A stretch of DNA of 64,000 nt from a candidate division FCPU426 bacterium (GCA_963771075.1 CAVYSE010000026.1:32001-96000); one strand, 5' to 3'; shown: positions 30,501 through 42,392, counted from the first letter of the stretch. The notes: a model not told the origin generated them from the sequence alone. A program made the numbers and translations.

Positions 30501-33500
30501 CAGCTTCGGCCTGGCTCCAAGCGGGACGGCGGTCAACCACCAGTTCCAGGAGCAGCTGCTCGACGCCACCGGGGTGACCCTGCTTGACCAGCAGGCGGCC
30601 CAGACCTTCAGCTACGAGTACCCGGCCAATTCCCTTACCTCCGCCGCCATCTCCGTAATGGCCACCGACCCGGCCAACGGGGGAGCCGTCCAGCGGTTCC
30701 TCCTGACCTTGGGCACCTCCGGGCCCCCGGGGATCAATTCCACCAACTACGCCGAAGTGATCGACAACCAAAACAGCGAGGCGGTCTCGGTGGGGCCCTG
30801 GAGCTACACCGGCACCGGCGGTTACTCCGTGACCTTGATCGGGTCCTATTTCGGGCTGACCACCAACGCGGCGCCGGTTTCCACGGGCTTTACGGTCAAG
30901 CTTTATAACCAGCAGAACCAATGGCTGGATACGGCCATCCCGACCGGGGCGCCCTTTAATTTCGAGGCTCCCCCCGCGTTCATTTATGTCGGCGATAACG
31001 CCTTCAGTTGCACGACGGCGGACGAGGACGGGAACTGCGTTTACTTCACCTACAGCACCGTCCTGACTGCGCCCTTCGCCAATACCACCCCCGTGACGAC
31101 CCTGGTAAAACTGGAAAACCTGACCAGCTCGGTCACGGTGACAATGGGGCCCTTCGTGAACATCAACGGCGGGAACATCGCGCACGCGGTGACCTTGAAC
31201 GGCGCCAGCTTTGGGCTAGCGCCTGGCGGGACCGCGTTCAACCAGCAGTTCCAGGAGCAGGTGTTCGACGCCACCGGGGTCACGCTATTGGACCAGGGGG
31301 CGGCCCCGACTTTCAGCTACGAATACCCCACGAACTATATCTCCGCCAGCTCGCTCTCCTGCGGACAGACCGCCGCCGACGGGTCCTGCCAGGCCTTCAC
31401 CCTCACGATCGACGCCGACGGGGCGCCGGGCATCACTTCCACGAATTACGCCTACGTCTCCGACACCTCGAACAATGAATCGGTTTATGTGGGGCCCTTC
31501 AGCTACACGGGCGCGACCAGCTATTCCGTCACCCTTTTCCCCGACGATTTCCAGGTTGTCTCAACCTCGCCCGTGACCGCCAATTTCACCGTTCAGCTTT
31601 GGGATGAAAGCCTCACCCGCAATTTTGGCGCCTACGTGCCCGCAGGGTCGCCTTTGACCCTGGAGACGCCCCCGGGATACATTTACTCCAACGCCTTCAG
31701 CGGCTACGTATACGCCGAGGACGGCAACAGCGTCACCTTCACCTTTAGCACCACCTTGGACACGCCGGGCGGGGCCACCCAAAATTTCGAATTCGCCCTG
31801 GCCGACCTTTCCGATTCGGTCACTCAATTTTTCGGGCCGGTCCCCAACCCCGTCGGCAACCACCCCTATTCCGTGACCGTGACGGGAGCCCAATTCCTCC
31901 CCTCGCCGGGCCAGGAAGGGGTCAGCCAGGTGTTCGAGGAATTGCTGTTCGATTCCAGCGGGACGACCCTTTTGGGCCATTTGGACGCACCGACCTTGAG
32001 CATCGAGAACAACAGCCCCTCCGCCACCGACTCCCTATCGGGTAGCACCCTTTCCTGCTTCCTCGCCGGGACCGGGGGGGCCTGCCAGAGCCTGCTCCTG
32101 ACCCTGAACACCACCGCCACGGCGGGGGTAACCTCCACGAACTACGCCAACGTGACGGACATCACCAATGGGAAGACCTTCCTGGCCGGCCCCTGGACCT
32201 ACAGCGGGAACGGGACCCTTCCCGTTACCCTGCCCGCCTCCGATTTCAGCATCACCTCGGCCTCCCCGGTATCCGCCAGTTTCGCCGTGACCCTGCTGGC
32301 GGGGAACCAGAGCACCGTCCTGGGGACCTCCATCCCCGCCGGGTCGCCCCTCTCCCTGGTCGCCCCCCCGCAATACATTTACCGGTACCCCAGCTACAAC
32401 AACCTCTCTCCCTTGAACCTGGCCGAGGACGGGAACTGGGAGACCTTCACTTTCAACGCCTACCTGACCGCGGCCGCCAGCAACCCGGTGACTTCCTATT
32501 TGAAACTCGTGGACCAGACGGCGCCCGGGGGGCCGGTGACGGTGAGCGTGGGCGCGGTCACGGCTTCCACCGGGACGATCGAACCCGCCTTTACCATGCT
32601 CTCCCAGCAGTTCGGGCTGGCCACTCCCGGGCAAATCGCGGTGAGCCAGGTGTTCGAGGAACTGCTCTACGCCGACGCCGGTGGGGTGACGCTATTGGAC
32701 AGCTATCCGGTGGGGCCGACGAACGGGCAAACCGTCAACCTGGAAACCCCCTCGCCCTACTTGGCTTCCGCCACCCTGGCGAGCCTTGTGACGGACCCGG
32801 TCAATAATGCCGTCCAGCAGTTCCTCCTGACCCTCACCGCCGACGCTTCCACGGGGGTCACGAAGACCAGTTACGCGAATGTCGCCGACCTCTCGAACGG
32901 GAGGGTCTACTTGGCGGGCCCCTGGACCTACACGGGCTCCGGCACCAGTTTCCCGGTGACCCTGACCGGGGAGAATTTCAACATCACCACAGCGGGGGCC
33001 TCTGTCTCGGCCTCTTTTGCCGTGACCCTGCTGGATGAGACCCAAAGCAAGACCTTCAACAGCCTCATCCCCACGGGTTCGCCCATGATGGTGGAGGCTC
33101 CGAACCAATATATTTACCGAAGCTCCGGCTATAACAACGTCGCCTGCCAGAACCTGGCTGAGGACGGGAACTGCCAGGCCTTCACCTTCAACGCCTACGT
33201 GACCGGCCCCGGCAGCGGACCGATCACGACCTACTTGAAACTGGTGGACCTGACGGCCTCCGGCGGGCCGGTGACCTTAAGCTTCCCGCCGGTCACGGTG
33301 GTCTCATTTGAGCCCAGCTACACGATCCTGCCCCAGCAGGTTGGCTTAACCACGCCGGGACAAATCGCGGTCAGCCAGGTGTTCGAGGAACTGCTCTACG
33401 CCGACGCGGGAAGCGTGACGCTCTTGGACAGCTACCCGCTGGGAACCCTGAACCTGGAAACCCCCTCTCCCTACCTGGCTTCCAGTTCCATCCTGAGCCT

Positions 33501-36500
33501 GGTTAAAGATCCCAACAACCAGGCCACCCAGCAGTTCAGCCTGACTCTCAACGCAAACGCGCCCTCGGGGGTCACGAAAACCAGCTACGCGAACGTCGCC
33601 GACCTTTCGAACGGGAGGGTCTACTTGGTGGGCCCCTGGACCTACACGGGTTCCGGTAGCAGCTATTCCGTGACCTTGACGGGCGAGAATTTCAACATCA
33701 CCACCGCGGGGGCCTCGGTTACCGCCAGTTTTGCCGTAACCCTCCTGGGGGAAAACCAGACCACCGTTTATAATTCCTCCATTCCCTCGGGCTCGCCCAT
33801 AACGGTGGAGGCCCCGAACCAATATATTTTCCGAAGCTCCAGCTATAGCAATGTCGCCTGCCAGAACCTGGCCGAGGACGGGAACTGCCAGGCCTTCACC
33901 TTCAACACCTACTTGACCGGTCCCGGCAGCGGACCGATTACGACCTACTTGAAACTAGTGGACCTGACGGCATCCGGGGGGCCGGTGACCTTAAGTTTCC
34001 CGCCGGTCACGGTGGTCTCAATTGAGCCCGGCTATACCATCCTGCCCCAGCAGTTTGGATTGACGACACCCGGGCAAATCGCGGTCAGCCAGGTGTTCGA
34101 GGAGCTGCTCTACGCCGACGCGGGAAGCGTGACGCTCTTGGACAGCTACCCGCTAGGGACCCTGAACCTGGAAACTCCCTCACCCTACCTGGGCTCCGCC
34201 ACCCTCTCCTGCCTGCAGTCCGATCCTAACAACCAAGCCTGCCAGCAGGTGCTTTTGACCCTCAACCCGGTGGCCCCCGCGGGGGTCACGAAGACCAGCT
34301 ACGCGAACGTCGCCGACCTTTCGAACGGGAAGGTCTACTTGGTGGGCCCCTTCACCTACGCCGGGGCGGGCAGTTACTCCGTGACGCTCAATGGTTTCGA
34401 TTTCAATATCACCACCGCGGGGGCCCCGGTTACCGCAAATTTCGCCGTAACCCTCCTGGCGGAGAACCAAACCACCGTGTTCAATTCCTTGGTGCCCGCG
34501 GGCTCGCCCATGACGGTCGAGGCGCCGATCCAATACCTGTACCACACTACCAACAACAACCTCAGCTGCCTCACCTACGCCGAGGACGGAAACTGCGAAA
34601 CTTTCAACCTGAACTTCTATGTCGACTCGCCCAGCGGAACCGTCACGACCTACATGAGGCTGGTGGACCTGTCGGCGGCCGGAGGGCCCGTGACGGCCAA
34701 TTGCGGCGCGGTGACGGATAACGGCGGCGGAACCGATACAGGCTCCTTCAGCCTGCTGGCCCAGCAGTTCGGGCTGACCTCCCCGGCCCAGATCGCGGTG
34801 AGCCAGGTATTCGAGGAACTGCTTTACGCCGACGCCGCCGGGGTGACGCTCTTGGACGCCTACCCGGTGGGCTCCCTGAACCTGGAAACTCCCTCGCCCT
34901 ACCTAGCCTCCGCCAACCTGTCCTGCCTGCAGTCCGATCCTAACAACCAGGCCTGCCAGCAGCTTCTCCTGACCCTGAACGCCGTGGCGCCTTCGGGGGT
35001 CACGAAGACCAGCTACGCGAACGTCGTCGACCTGACCAACGGGAAGGTCTTTTTGATCGGCCCCTGGACCTATACGGGTTCCGGCACCAGCTATTCCGTG
35101 ACCCTCAACGGGTCCGATTTCAACGTGATGACCGCGGGCGCGACGGTTTCGACCAATTTCGCGGTGACCCTGCTGGATGAGACCCAGGCCAAGACCTTCA
35201 ATTCCCTCGTGCCCACGGGCTCACCCGTCACCTTCGAGGCCCCTGAGCAATATATCAACCGTGTCAACAGCAGCCTCAGTTGCCTGACGAGCGCCGAGGA
35301 CGGGAACTGCGAGACCTTCAACTACGCTTTATACGTCAATTCCCCTTCCGGCGCTTCCGTGACGACTTACACCCGGATCGTCGACCTGACATCGGGCGGG
35401 GGGCCGGTGACGGTGAATTGCGGGGCGGTGACGGATAACGGCGGCGGGGGCACGTCGAGTTCTTACTCCCTATCGGCCCAGCAATTCGGCCTTTCCTCTC
35501 CCGGGCAGATCGCGGTTAGCCAGGTTTTCGAGGCGCTTCTCTACGCCGACGCTGGCGGTGTGACACTCTTGGACAGCTATCCGTTGAAGACCTTGAACTT
35601 GGAAACTCCCTCACCCTACATCACAGGAAGCGCCCTCACTTGCCTGACGTCCGACAGCCTAAACCAGGCCTGCCAGGTGTTCCAATTGCTCTTGAACCTC
35701 CAGGGGGCCGCCGGGGCTTACCAGACCAACTACGCCTACCTGGGCGACGCGACCAATGGGAACCGCTTGACGCTGGGTCCCTTCAGCTATACAGGGTCGG
35801 GAAGCTTCGCGGTCACCCTCAGCGGTAGGCAATTGGGCCTGGGCACCCTGGGGTTCCCCGTTTCCAGCCAACTGGCCGTGACGTTATTGAATGGGGCCCA
35901 GAACAAAGTCTTGGGGGTTTCTTTCCCCGCCGGTGGCGCCCCCGCCACCCTGGAAACGCCCCCGGGCTATATCAACTCAACGTCGCTCAACTATCAAACG
36001 AGGGCGGAAGACGGCAATTGGAATACCTTCACCTTCTACTTCAACGCCTATACCCCCGGCTCCGCCACGACCCTGGTCGGGATGGTCCTGTTGTGGGATA
36101 CCACCAACGGGAACTCCGTGACCGAGGGCCCGGTGACCTACAGCGGCAATAGCTACTCCTGGACCATCACGGCGGCCCAATTGGGGTTGGCCCCGGGCCA
36201 GGCGGCCGTCAATCAGCAAATGGTGGCCCAGTTATACGATTCCACTGGCACGAAGCTTTACGACGCCAGCACTTTGGGAGCCTTCAACCTGGAAGGTTCC
36301 GAGGACACATTAAGTTCAAGCGCGGTTACCTGCTTGACCACCGACTCGGTCAACGGGGCCTGCCAGGCCTTCCAGCTGACCCTCAACGCCAACTCCCCCG
36401 CGGGAGTTTCCCAATTGGGTTACGCCCGCGTTTACGATCTGACCAACGGTCAAAACATCCTGGTCGGGCCTTGGAGCTTCACTGGAACCGGAACGGGCTA

Positions 36501-36999
36501 TGCGGTGACCCTGTCGGGTTACGACCTGGGCTTCACGACCCCCAACGCGCCCGCTTCCGCCTCGATGGCGGTGACGTTCTATAACGAGGCGCAGAACCAG
36601 ATACTCTCGGTCGGCACCCCAACCGGATCGCCTTTTATGCTCGAGGAACCCCCCGCTTATATTGACTACGCGAGCCTGGCTGCCCCGGTCTCGCTCTTGG
36701 CGGAAGACGGCAACGCCACGGCCTTGAACCTCACCTTCTATGCCTACACGCCTGGTTGTACGGGCTCCCAGACGAGCCTGATCCGGCTGGTGGACACGAC
36801 CACGGGGACGGCGGTCACCCTGGGGCCGCAGACCTATACCTGCGGTAGTTGGGTGTTCCCGGTTTCGGCAAGCCAGTTCGGACTGGCTCCCGGCCAGGCG
36901 GCGGTCAGCCAGGCCTTCACGGCGGAGCTTTGGAACGCGGCGGGAACCAGCGTGTGGGATACCAAAACGCTGGGCACCTTTAACATCGAGGGACCATAA
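24525..36999 (+). CDS. Giant (~4,150 aa) surface lipoprotein: N-domain, Thr/Pro/Ser stalk, 14 tandem two-domain repeats; one extra G at 29949-29950 splits it into ORFs 24492..30140 and 29878..36999
   Basis: Lipobox LWGC; same repeats on both sides of the break; sister repeat reads ATC TCC GTA ATG GCC ACC GAC, here ATC TCC GGTA ATA GCC ACC GAC. Confidence 0.85.
25552..27140 (+). repeat. Thr/Pro/Ser low-complexity mucin-like stalk (~530 codons)
   Basis: TPT/TLSPT/VNTSTPT imperfect repeats. Confidence 0.9.
27140..36996 (+). repeat. 14 tandem ~700-bp coding repeats (A+B domain pair)
   Basis: (E/T)DGN motif recurs near 27531, 28224, 28920, 29610, 30316, 31021, 31714, 32422, 33157, 33871, 34579, 35293, 36004, 36700. 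Confidence 0.9.
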
Positions 37000-37092
37000 G
37001 ACCCGTTTCAGAAAATGATAGATTGCCTGACCCGGAATGGACAAGAAAAAAGTGGAAAGATGTTGTTTAAGCCAATGAGAGGAGGATATCCG

Positions 37093-37524
37093 ATGCCATC
37101 AGACAAGAATGACGGTATGGAAGCGAATGCGACCTATTCGGTTGAAAAGTGGAAGGAGGAAAACTGGAATGTTATTTCTCCCGAAGTGAAAATGACAAAG
37201 GCTTCGGTAGAATTTGCCTTGACGGGAGAAATGGAATGCAAGGCGACCGTGGAATATCTCATGTTCTATAAAAGCTTTGATTCGAAGGATCCCCATAAAT
37301 CCTCCGCGAAATATGTTGGCATGATGAAATTGACCGGGAAAATAAACGGAAAAGCCGGGAGTTTTGCGATTGAAGATCATGGCACTTTCGAAGCAGGTGT
37401 CGCCCTTTCTAATTTGTCGATCCTGGAGGGGTCAGGATCGGGGGAATTGAGAGGAATTAAAGGAAGTGGGGAATACCGTGCCGGCCAAAATGGCAGTTCC
37501 TTTAAGTTGAATTACAATTTCTAA
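37093..37524 (+). CDS. DUF3224-family protein
   Basis: EKWKEE, GEMECKATVEYLMFY, GSGSGELRGIKGSG. Confidence 0.75.
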   Translation: MPSDKNDGMEANATYSVEKWKEENWNVISPEVKMTKASVEFALTGEMECKATVEYLMFYKSFDSKDPHKSSAKYVGMMKLTGKINGKAGSFAIEDHGTFEAGVALSNLSILEGSGSGELRGIKGSGEYRAGQNGSSFKLNYNF

Positions 37525-37835
37525 AATTCTATTGTTTTTCTCCTTCCACGATGGGGATCCATTTTTTGCGGCTACCCATGGAATGCTTTTTCCCCGAAAC
37601 AACAGGTTTAACGCGATTCACTTCGGAAGAGTCGTTTTCTGAGGAAACGATAGCATTTGTTTTCGACTTTAAGGGGATGAGGGAAGACTTTTCAGTACCC
37701 GGATAAACCCGCGGTTTGAATAGGGGATATCTCTTCCGTTCATATAAAAAAATAGATAAAATTTTAGAATCGGAAATCGTACTTTTCCCATCTCCACCAT
37801 CGATTCATTCTGTGACTTTTGATGAGGAGTATCGG

Positions 37836-38219
37836 ATGATCTTCTCGAGGAAAAAGCCTGAAAAAAGGGCCTATGCCCGCCACCCGGTCAAGGTGCCCGT
37901 CAAGTTCCGGTCGGGCGCGGACGAACAGGTCTTCCAAACCATGGATGATTGGCGGAGCGCGGAACAAAACGGCTTCACCCTGGACCTGAGCCTGGGGGGC
38001 ATGAGCCTCGTATCGGACCATCCCCTCACGGTGGGGGAAGTCCTGCGTTTTGACGTCTATCTTCTCGACCAGAAAAACAAGGTGAGCCTTTACGCCGCCG
38101 TGCGATGGGTGAACGAAAAGAACGCGGGCATCCGTTTCATATGGGTTCGCCCCAAGGATATGGACGTCCTGAAGGAATTCATCCAAAAATTATCCTCGGC
38201 CCAGGCCGCCCTCGGCTAG
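37836..38219 (+). CDS. PilZ-domain c-di-GMP receptor
   Basis: EKRAYAR (R-x-x-x-R) and DLSLGG (D-x-S-x-x-G). Confidence 0.9.
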   Translation: MIFSRKKPEKRAYARHPVKVPVKFRSGADEQVFQTMDDWRSAEQNGFTLDLSLGGMSLVSDHPLTVGEVLRFDVYLLDQKNKVSLYAAVRWVNEKNAGIRFIWVRPKDMDVLKEFIQKLSSAQAALG

Positions 38220-38225
38220 TTTCTG

Positions 38226-38642
38226 TCAACCGGCCCCATTTTTCCCAGACTGTTTACCTATCCCCTTCACCGGTTTTTTCACCAAGATCTGTTCAATGGT
38301 TTTAACCAGTTTTTTCATGGCCACCGGTTTCTCGAAAAAGGCCTTGATGGAGGGTTCTTCCCGCATCAGCGTTTCCTTGTATTGCCCATAAGCCGAAACG
38401 ACCATAACCGGCAGGTCGGTGTGCAGGCTCAAGTGGGGGATCAGGTCAGTCCCGTTCATGTCGGGAAGCATGAGGTCGGTGAGAACCAGGTCCACCATTT
38501 GGGATCGCAGCGCGAGCAGGGCATCGATGGACTTGTCAAATCCCAAGACCTTGAACCCCGCGGCGTGAAATGATTTCTGGTAAAGCATCAAGAGGCTTCG
38601 GCTGTCTTCGACAACGAGAATCGTACCCTTGGTCTTTTTCAT
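38226..38642 (-). CDS. Single-domain response regulator
   Basis: ILVVEDS, LTDLMLPDMNG, VSAY, FEKP. Confidence 0.9.
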   Translation of the reverse strand: MKKTKGTILVVEDSRSLLMLYQKSFHAAGFKVLGFDKSIDALLALRSQMVDLVLTDLMLPDMNGTDLIPHLSLHTDLPVMVVSAYGQYKETLMREEPSIKAFFEKPVAMKKLVKTIEQILVKKPVKGIGKQSGKNGAG

Positions 38643-39070
38643 GGCGACTTCCTTTCGTGGGCGGTGCCCGAAGCGAAAAGAGAACGTCTTCCATTCAACC
38701 GTATGGCTCATCCATACCCTGGGTCGAACCCGCGGCGCCTGGGGAATAGGACGGGTGGGGCGGGTCCTAGAATTATTTTAACTCGTTTAAGAAAAGCCGG
38801 CCTTGGATATTCGCCGTAATTTTTTTTAGGGAACCCCTGCCGGAATTAAAGCATTTTTTATGCCTCGTTCCCCTTGCCGAATTCATGGCATTGTCCCGAG
38901 TCTTTGGCCGGAATTGGGTGGAAAGCCATGTTTGCCACCTGCCCGAAAACCCCGAATCCGATTAAGATGAAGGTTCGAAAACCCCTGGGAGGACGACCAT
39001 CACCGAGCCTGTTATTTCCCGAAACCCAAGACCCAATCAGGATTTCTTTACACCCTGGACACTGCCCCTG

Positions 39071-40963
39071 GTGTTTTGCTTTGTCCTGGTGGCCCTATTA
39101 GGCATGCGAAAAACCGCGGCTTATGACCTGGGATTTCACCTTAAGGGCGGCCAATGGATCGCGGAACACCACCAGGTGCCCCTCACGGATACCTATACCT
39201 ATAGCGCGCAGGGCAAACCCTATGTGGATTCCCATTGGCTTTACCAGCTCGCCCTTTACGGCCTTTACCGGACAGGGAGTTATGAATCCCTTACCCTGGC
39301 GCATGTTGCCTTGCTCCTGTGTGTTTTTTGCCTGTTGGCCCTCCGTTGCCGGGTTTCCCATGCTCCCGCCTGGGCGACGCCGACTCTCCTGGCAGGGGCG
39401 ATTTTCATCATGGAAAGAAGGTTCATGGAGAGGCCGGAAATCCTTTCCTGGTTATTGCTGGGGGCCACCCTTGGGGTCATGGAAAACCAAGGCCGCCTCG
39501 GTAAAAGGACACTGTGGCTTTTGCCCTTGATCCAACTGTTATGGGTCAATATTGAGGGCCTGTTCGTATTGGGCTGGATCGTCCTGGGAGCCTATTGGGC
39601 GGACGCTTGGTGGGAGCGAAAGAAGCCCGATGCCCGGCTTACCCTTATCCTGGCCCTTTCGATAGGGGCGGATTTAATCAATCCCAATTTCATTTGGGGC
39701 GTCGCCTACCCCTTTTCCTTCATCTCAAAGCTGCAGGGTGACATCTACAACCAAACCGTGATGGAACTGCTTTCCATCCCCGGGTTCCTGTCCAATTCGG
39801 GCTTCGCGAGGGATTCCAAAGGATTCATCTATGTGTTTTTTCTTTATTTTTTGCTGGTAATCCTGTCCCTGGCCCTCCAGAAGAAAAAAGCACCTGAAAT
39901 CCTATTAGCTGCGGCCTTCTTTTATCTTTCCTTTAAGGCGGTGCGCAACATTCCCCTGGCTATGATCGTGACCCTGCCCACCGCCGTCCTGGGTTTGAGG
40001 GAATTGCATGGGAGGTTTGGGGCCTGGTTGGCAAAGGCCCCCTCCCTCGCAAAGGTTAGGGAGGGCATGCCATTTTCCAAGGCGGTTGGATGGGGTATCC
40101 CCTTTTTGGCCGCCTTGTGGATCGGCCTCTGGGGCTCGCGGGTGGCCACCAACGCCTATTACCTCTCCGATGTCCGGCCGGAACAATTCGGTTTGGGGCT
40201 GGATAAGGGTAAACTTCCCGTTGAGGCATCCCTTTACCTCACGCGAGAGGGGCTGGACGGCAAGGTTTTGAACTCGCCGAATTTCGGCGGTTGGCTGGAG
40301 TGGACCCGAAACCTGCCCGTTTATATGGACGGCCGGTGGGAGGTGATGGGGGACGACCTTTACCGCCGTTATCTCGATATGACCTTTTCCAACGGGCAGG
40401 CCATGGGCGGGGTCAGCGCCGAGTTGTTCAACACGAAGGCGGAGATCGTCGTTTTCGATCCCCGGACCGAGTCTTCCTGGATCGCGCAGTTGAAGAACCT
40501 TCCCGCCTGGCGCCTGGTATACCTGGATGATTGCGCCGCCATTTACCTCACCAGGGGCTACCGGGACGATCTGCCTGAACTGGATTGGGACAGGATGGTC
40601 TCATCCAGCGGGCTCCATCCTGTGACCCAGCGGGACCTGGTGGAGGGGATGGGCGGGTTGGGAACGTCCGAATTCGGCTATTGGTTGGAGGGCTTTTACC
40701 GTCCCCGGACATTCCCCTGGGGACTGCTTAACCGAAGCCTTCTTGCCATGGAATATCAAAGGCGGGACGCGCAAATGTCATTGGACCTGGAAATGGTCCG
40801 CCGAACGGATGGTTTTTACCGTCCCTTTTTGGATCTGCTGGTCCAGGATTGTATCGATCAAGGCAACAAGGCGGGAGCCCGGCTGGGGTTACAGCGGATC
40901 CTGATGTTGGACCCGGGCGACGCAAAAGCCCAAAGGGATTTTTATTCGCTTTCATCCCCGTGA
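39071..40963 (+). CDS. Polytopic membrane protein, GT-C glycosyltransferase-like, C-terminal TPR-like tail (start uncertain)
   Basis: DLGFHLKGGQWI, ERPE, LWVNIEG, NFGGWL, YMDGR motifs; many transmembrane segments. Confidence 0.55.
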   Translation: MFCFVLVALLGMRKTAAYDLGFHLKGGQWIAEHHQVPLTDTYTYSAQGKPYVDSHWLYQLALYGLYRTGSYESLTLAHVALLLCVFCLLALRCRVSHAPAWATPTLLAGAIFIMERRFMERPEILSWLLLGATLGVMENQGRLGKRTLWLLPLIQLLWVNIEGLFVLGWIVLGAYWADAWWERKKPDARLTLILALSIGADLINPNFIWGVAYPFSFISKLQGDIYNQTVMELLSIPGFLSNSGFARDSKGFIYVFFLYFLLVILSLALQKKKAPEILLAAAFFYLSFKAVRNIPLAMIVTLPTAVLGLRELHGRFGAWLAKAPSLAKVREGMPFSKAVGWGIPFLAALWIGLWGSRVATNAYYLSDVRPEQFGLGLDKGKLPVEASLYLTREGLDGKVLNSPNFGGWLEWTRNLPVYMDGRWEVMGDDLYRRYLDMTFSNGQAMGGVSAELFNTKAEIVVFDPRTESSWIAQLKNLPAWRLVYLDDCAAIYLTRGYRDDLPELDWDRMVSSSGLHPVTQRDLVEGMGGLGTSEFGYWLEGFYRPRTFPWGLLNRSLLAMEYQRRDAQMSLDLEMVRRTDGFYRPFLDLLVQDCIDQGNKAGARLGLQRILMLDPGDAKAQRDFYSLSSP

Positions 40964-41015
40964 GAAAAGGGGACATCCTAGTAAAGTGTTGAGTGTTGGC
41001 CTGGCCCTAATGTTT

Positions 41016-41030
41016 CCCACCGTGGACAAC
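41016..41030. repeat. Degenerate half copy (A) of the 26-bp island palindrome
   Basis: CCCACCGTGGACAAC resembles the right arm CCCGTCGTGGACAAG. Confidence 0.5.
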
Positions 41031-41065
41031 CTTTCGATTCCAAAAAGTTAAAACATCCGGGTCGA

Positions 41066-41323
41066 TCAGCCGGTCTTCTTCAGTCCCAATTTATGCTCGA
41101 TTTTGCGGACGCGTTCTTCCAGGGTTAAATTTTCCGACATCGAGCGCTTTAAAATCGAGTTCATGAGGGTTTGGTATGGGATTCCTTGTTTTTTCCCCTC
41201 CTCGATAAGCCAATGGTAAACAGTCTCATCCAGCCGGAAGGTTTTCTGAATCTTAGAACCCTTGGAAGCCAAAAGAGGGCCTCTATGAACCTTGGCTTTT
41301 GAAAAATCATATTCTTTTTTCAT
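41066..41323 (-). CDS. brnA: BrnA-family antitoxin
   Basis: MKKEYDFSKA...TFRLD...GIPYQTLMNSIL. Confidence 0.85.
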   Translation of the reverse strand: MKKEYDFSKAKVHRGPLLASKGSKIQKTFRLDETVYHWLIEEGKKQGIPYQTLMNSILKRSMSENLTLEERVRKIEHKLGLKKTG

Positions 41324-41579
41324 AGTTTTCCCGTTCCTTTCTTGTGGCTTTCCTGGCCGAGATGATTCGGATGACATCCATTTCCCGGTACGCGTAAACC
41401 ACCACCAACAGGTTTAATTTCTTTGAATACCCAAGCGCGATGAATCTTTGTTCGTGGTGTTCAATATCTTACAACACCAATTGAACGTCGGATTCCAAGA
41501 CGGATTGGGCCTCTTCAAACGAGACCCCATGTTTTATTAGATTGGAAGCGGCTTTCCGGGGATCCCAAATGACGAGCAT
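41307..41579 (-). pseudogene. brnT: BrnT-family toxin with in-frame TAA at codon 37 (not in ORF track)
   Basis: Hand translation MLVIWDPRKAASNLIKHGVSFEEAQSVL...L*DIEHHEQRFIALG...IRIISARKATRKER; stop at 41469-41471. Confidence 0.85.
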
Positions 41580-41585
41580 GAATCA

Positions 41586-41615
41586 AGTATAAACTACGTT
41601 GTAGTTACATTGCAA
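41586..41615 (-). promoter_or_regulatory. brnTA promoter (TTGCAA-N18-TATACT) with operator palindrome AACTAC-N3-GTAGTT; probably leaderless
   Basis: -10 element ends 6 nt before the toxin ATG; palindrome lies in the promoter spacer. Confidence 0.6.
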
Positions 41616-41627
41616 TGTGTTCTCCCT

Positions 41628-41690
41628 GTCCACGTTGGGTCCCCGCCATGTAGCATGCGCTTGCGCTTAGCTACATGGCCCGTCGTGGAC
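41628..41690. repeat. Island palindrome copy B with an inserted hairpin
   Basis: GTCCACGTTGGGTCCCC [GCCATGTAGC...GCTACATGGC] CCGTCGTGGAC. Confidence 0.8.
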
Positions 41691-41700
41691 GACTTTTTCA

Positions 41701-42012
41701 TCACTCGAAAGCGGAATCATCCAAAAGACGAGACCCATGAATGATCCGAAGAATATAAACCGTTTTTTGGGAGATCCGGAAAATCGTCCTGTAATCCCCA
41801 TACAAGATATGCCGATAGGCCGTCCCTAATACTTCATTTTCCGGAACAGAAGGGCATCTTTCCGGGTAGTGCTCCAAAGTGGTGATTTGTTGTTCTATTC
41901 TAGAGATGAACTTTGCCGCTTCCCGAGAACTGTCCTTGCCAATAAAATCCCAAATTTCCCTCAAATCCCCTTCGGCGGTTCGGGTGATCTTAACCTGGTA
42001 TCGAATGGGCAT
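41701..42012 (-). CDS. RelE/ParE-family toxin
   Basis: YQVKITRTAEGDLREIWDFI...YRTIFRI...VYILRIIHGSR. Confidence 0.9.
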   Translation of the reverse strand: MPIRYQVKITRTAEGDLREIWDFIGKDSSREAAKFISRIEQQITTLEHYPERCPSVPENEVLGTAYRHILYGDYRTIFRISQKTVYILRIIHGSRLLDDSAFE

Positions 42013-42274
42013 GCATGAACTCTTTCAAGAAGGCGCGAACGGGACGCACGCGGTGGGCTGTCACGTCTTTCTCGGCGGAAACAAGTTCGCGGGCAAGATT
42101 CACCGCGCTCAAATAGACTTCATAGGATTTTGAGTTCATCAATACGGCGTCAGCTTTTCCATTTACGGTTAACACAACGGGACGACCGGTCCGGTGGATT
42201 TGGTCCAATAGACTGCGGGTGTTTCGCTTCAAATCGGTCACCGACCGGATGTCCTCGGAAAATTTAATTCCCAT
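41990..42274 (-). CDS. Phd/YefM-family antitoxin
   Basis: IRSVTDLKRN...RPVVLTVNGKADAVL. Confidence 0.9.
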   Translation of the reverse strand: MGIKFSEDIRSVTDLKRNTRSLLDQIHRTGRPVVLTVNGKADAVLMNSKSYEVYLSAVNLARELVSAEKDVTAHRVRPVRAFLKEFMHAHSIPG

Positions 42275-42352
42275 AGCCGCCCCCCTTAGCTTAAGCATCT
42301 AATGTGGTGCTTAATTTAGCATCATTCAACCAAGGCTTCAACCCCTTAGGTA

Positions 42353-42378
42353 GTCCACGATGGGTCCCCGTCGTGGAC
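42353..42378. repeat. Island palindrome copy C (uninterrupted consensus)
   Basis: GTCCACGATGGGTCCCCGTCGTGGAC. Confidence 0.85.
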
Positions 42379-42392
42379 AGCTAAACTTTAGT

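Noticed and set aside
29600..30630. Diversity-generating retroelement template/variable repeat pair
   Set aside because: Differences between the copies are not adenine-specific, both are in-frame coding units, and no reverse transcriptase is present
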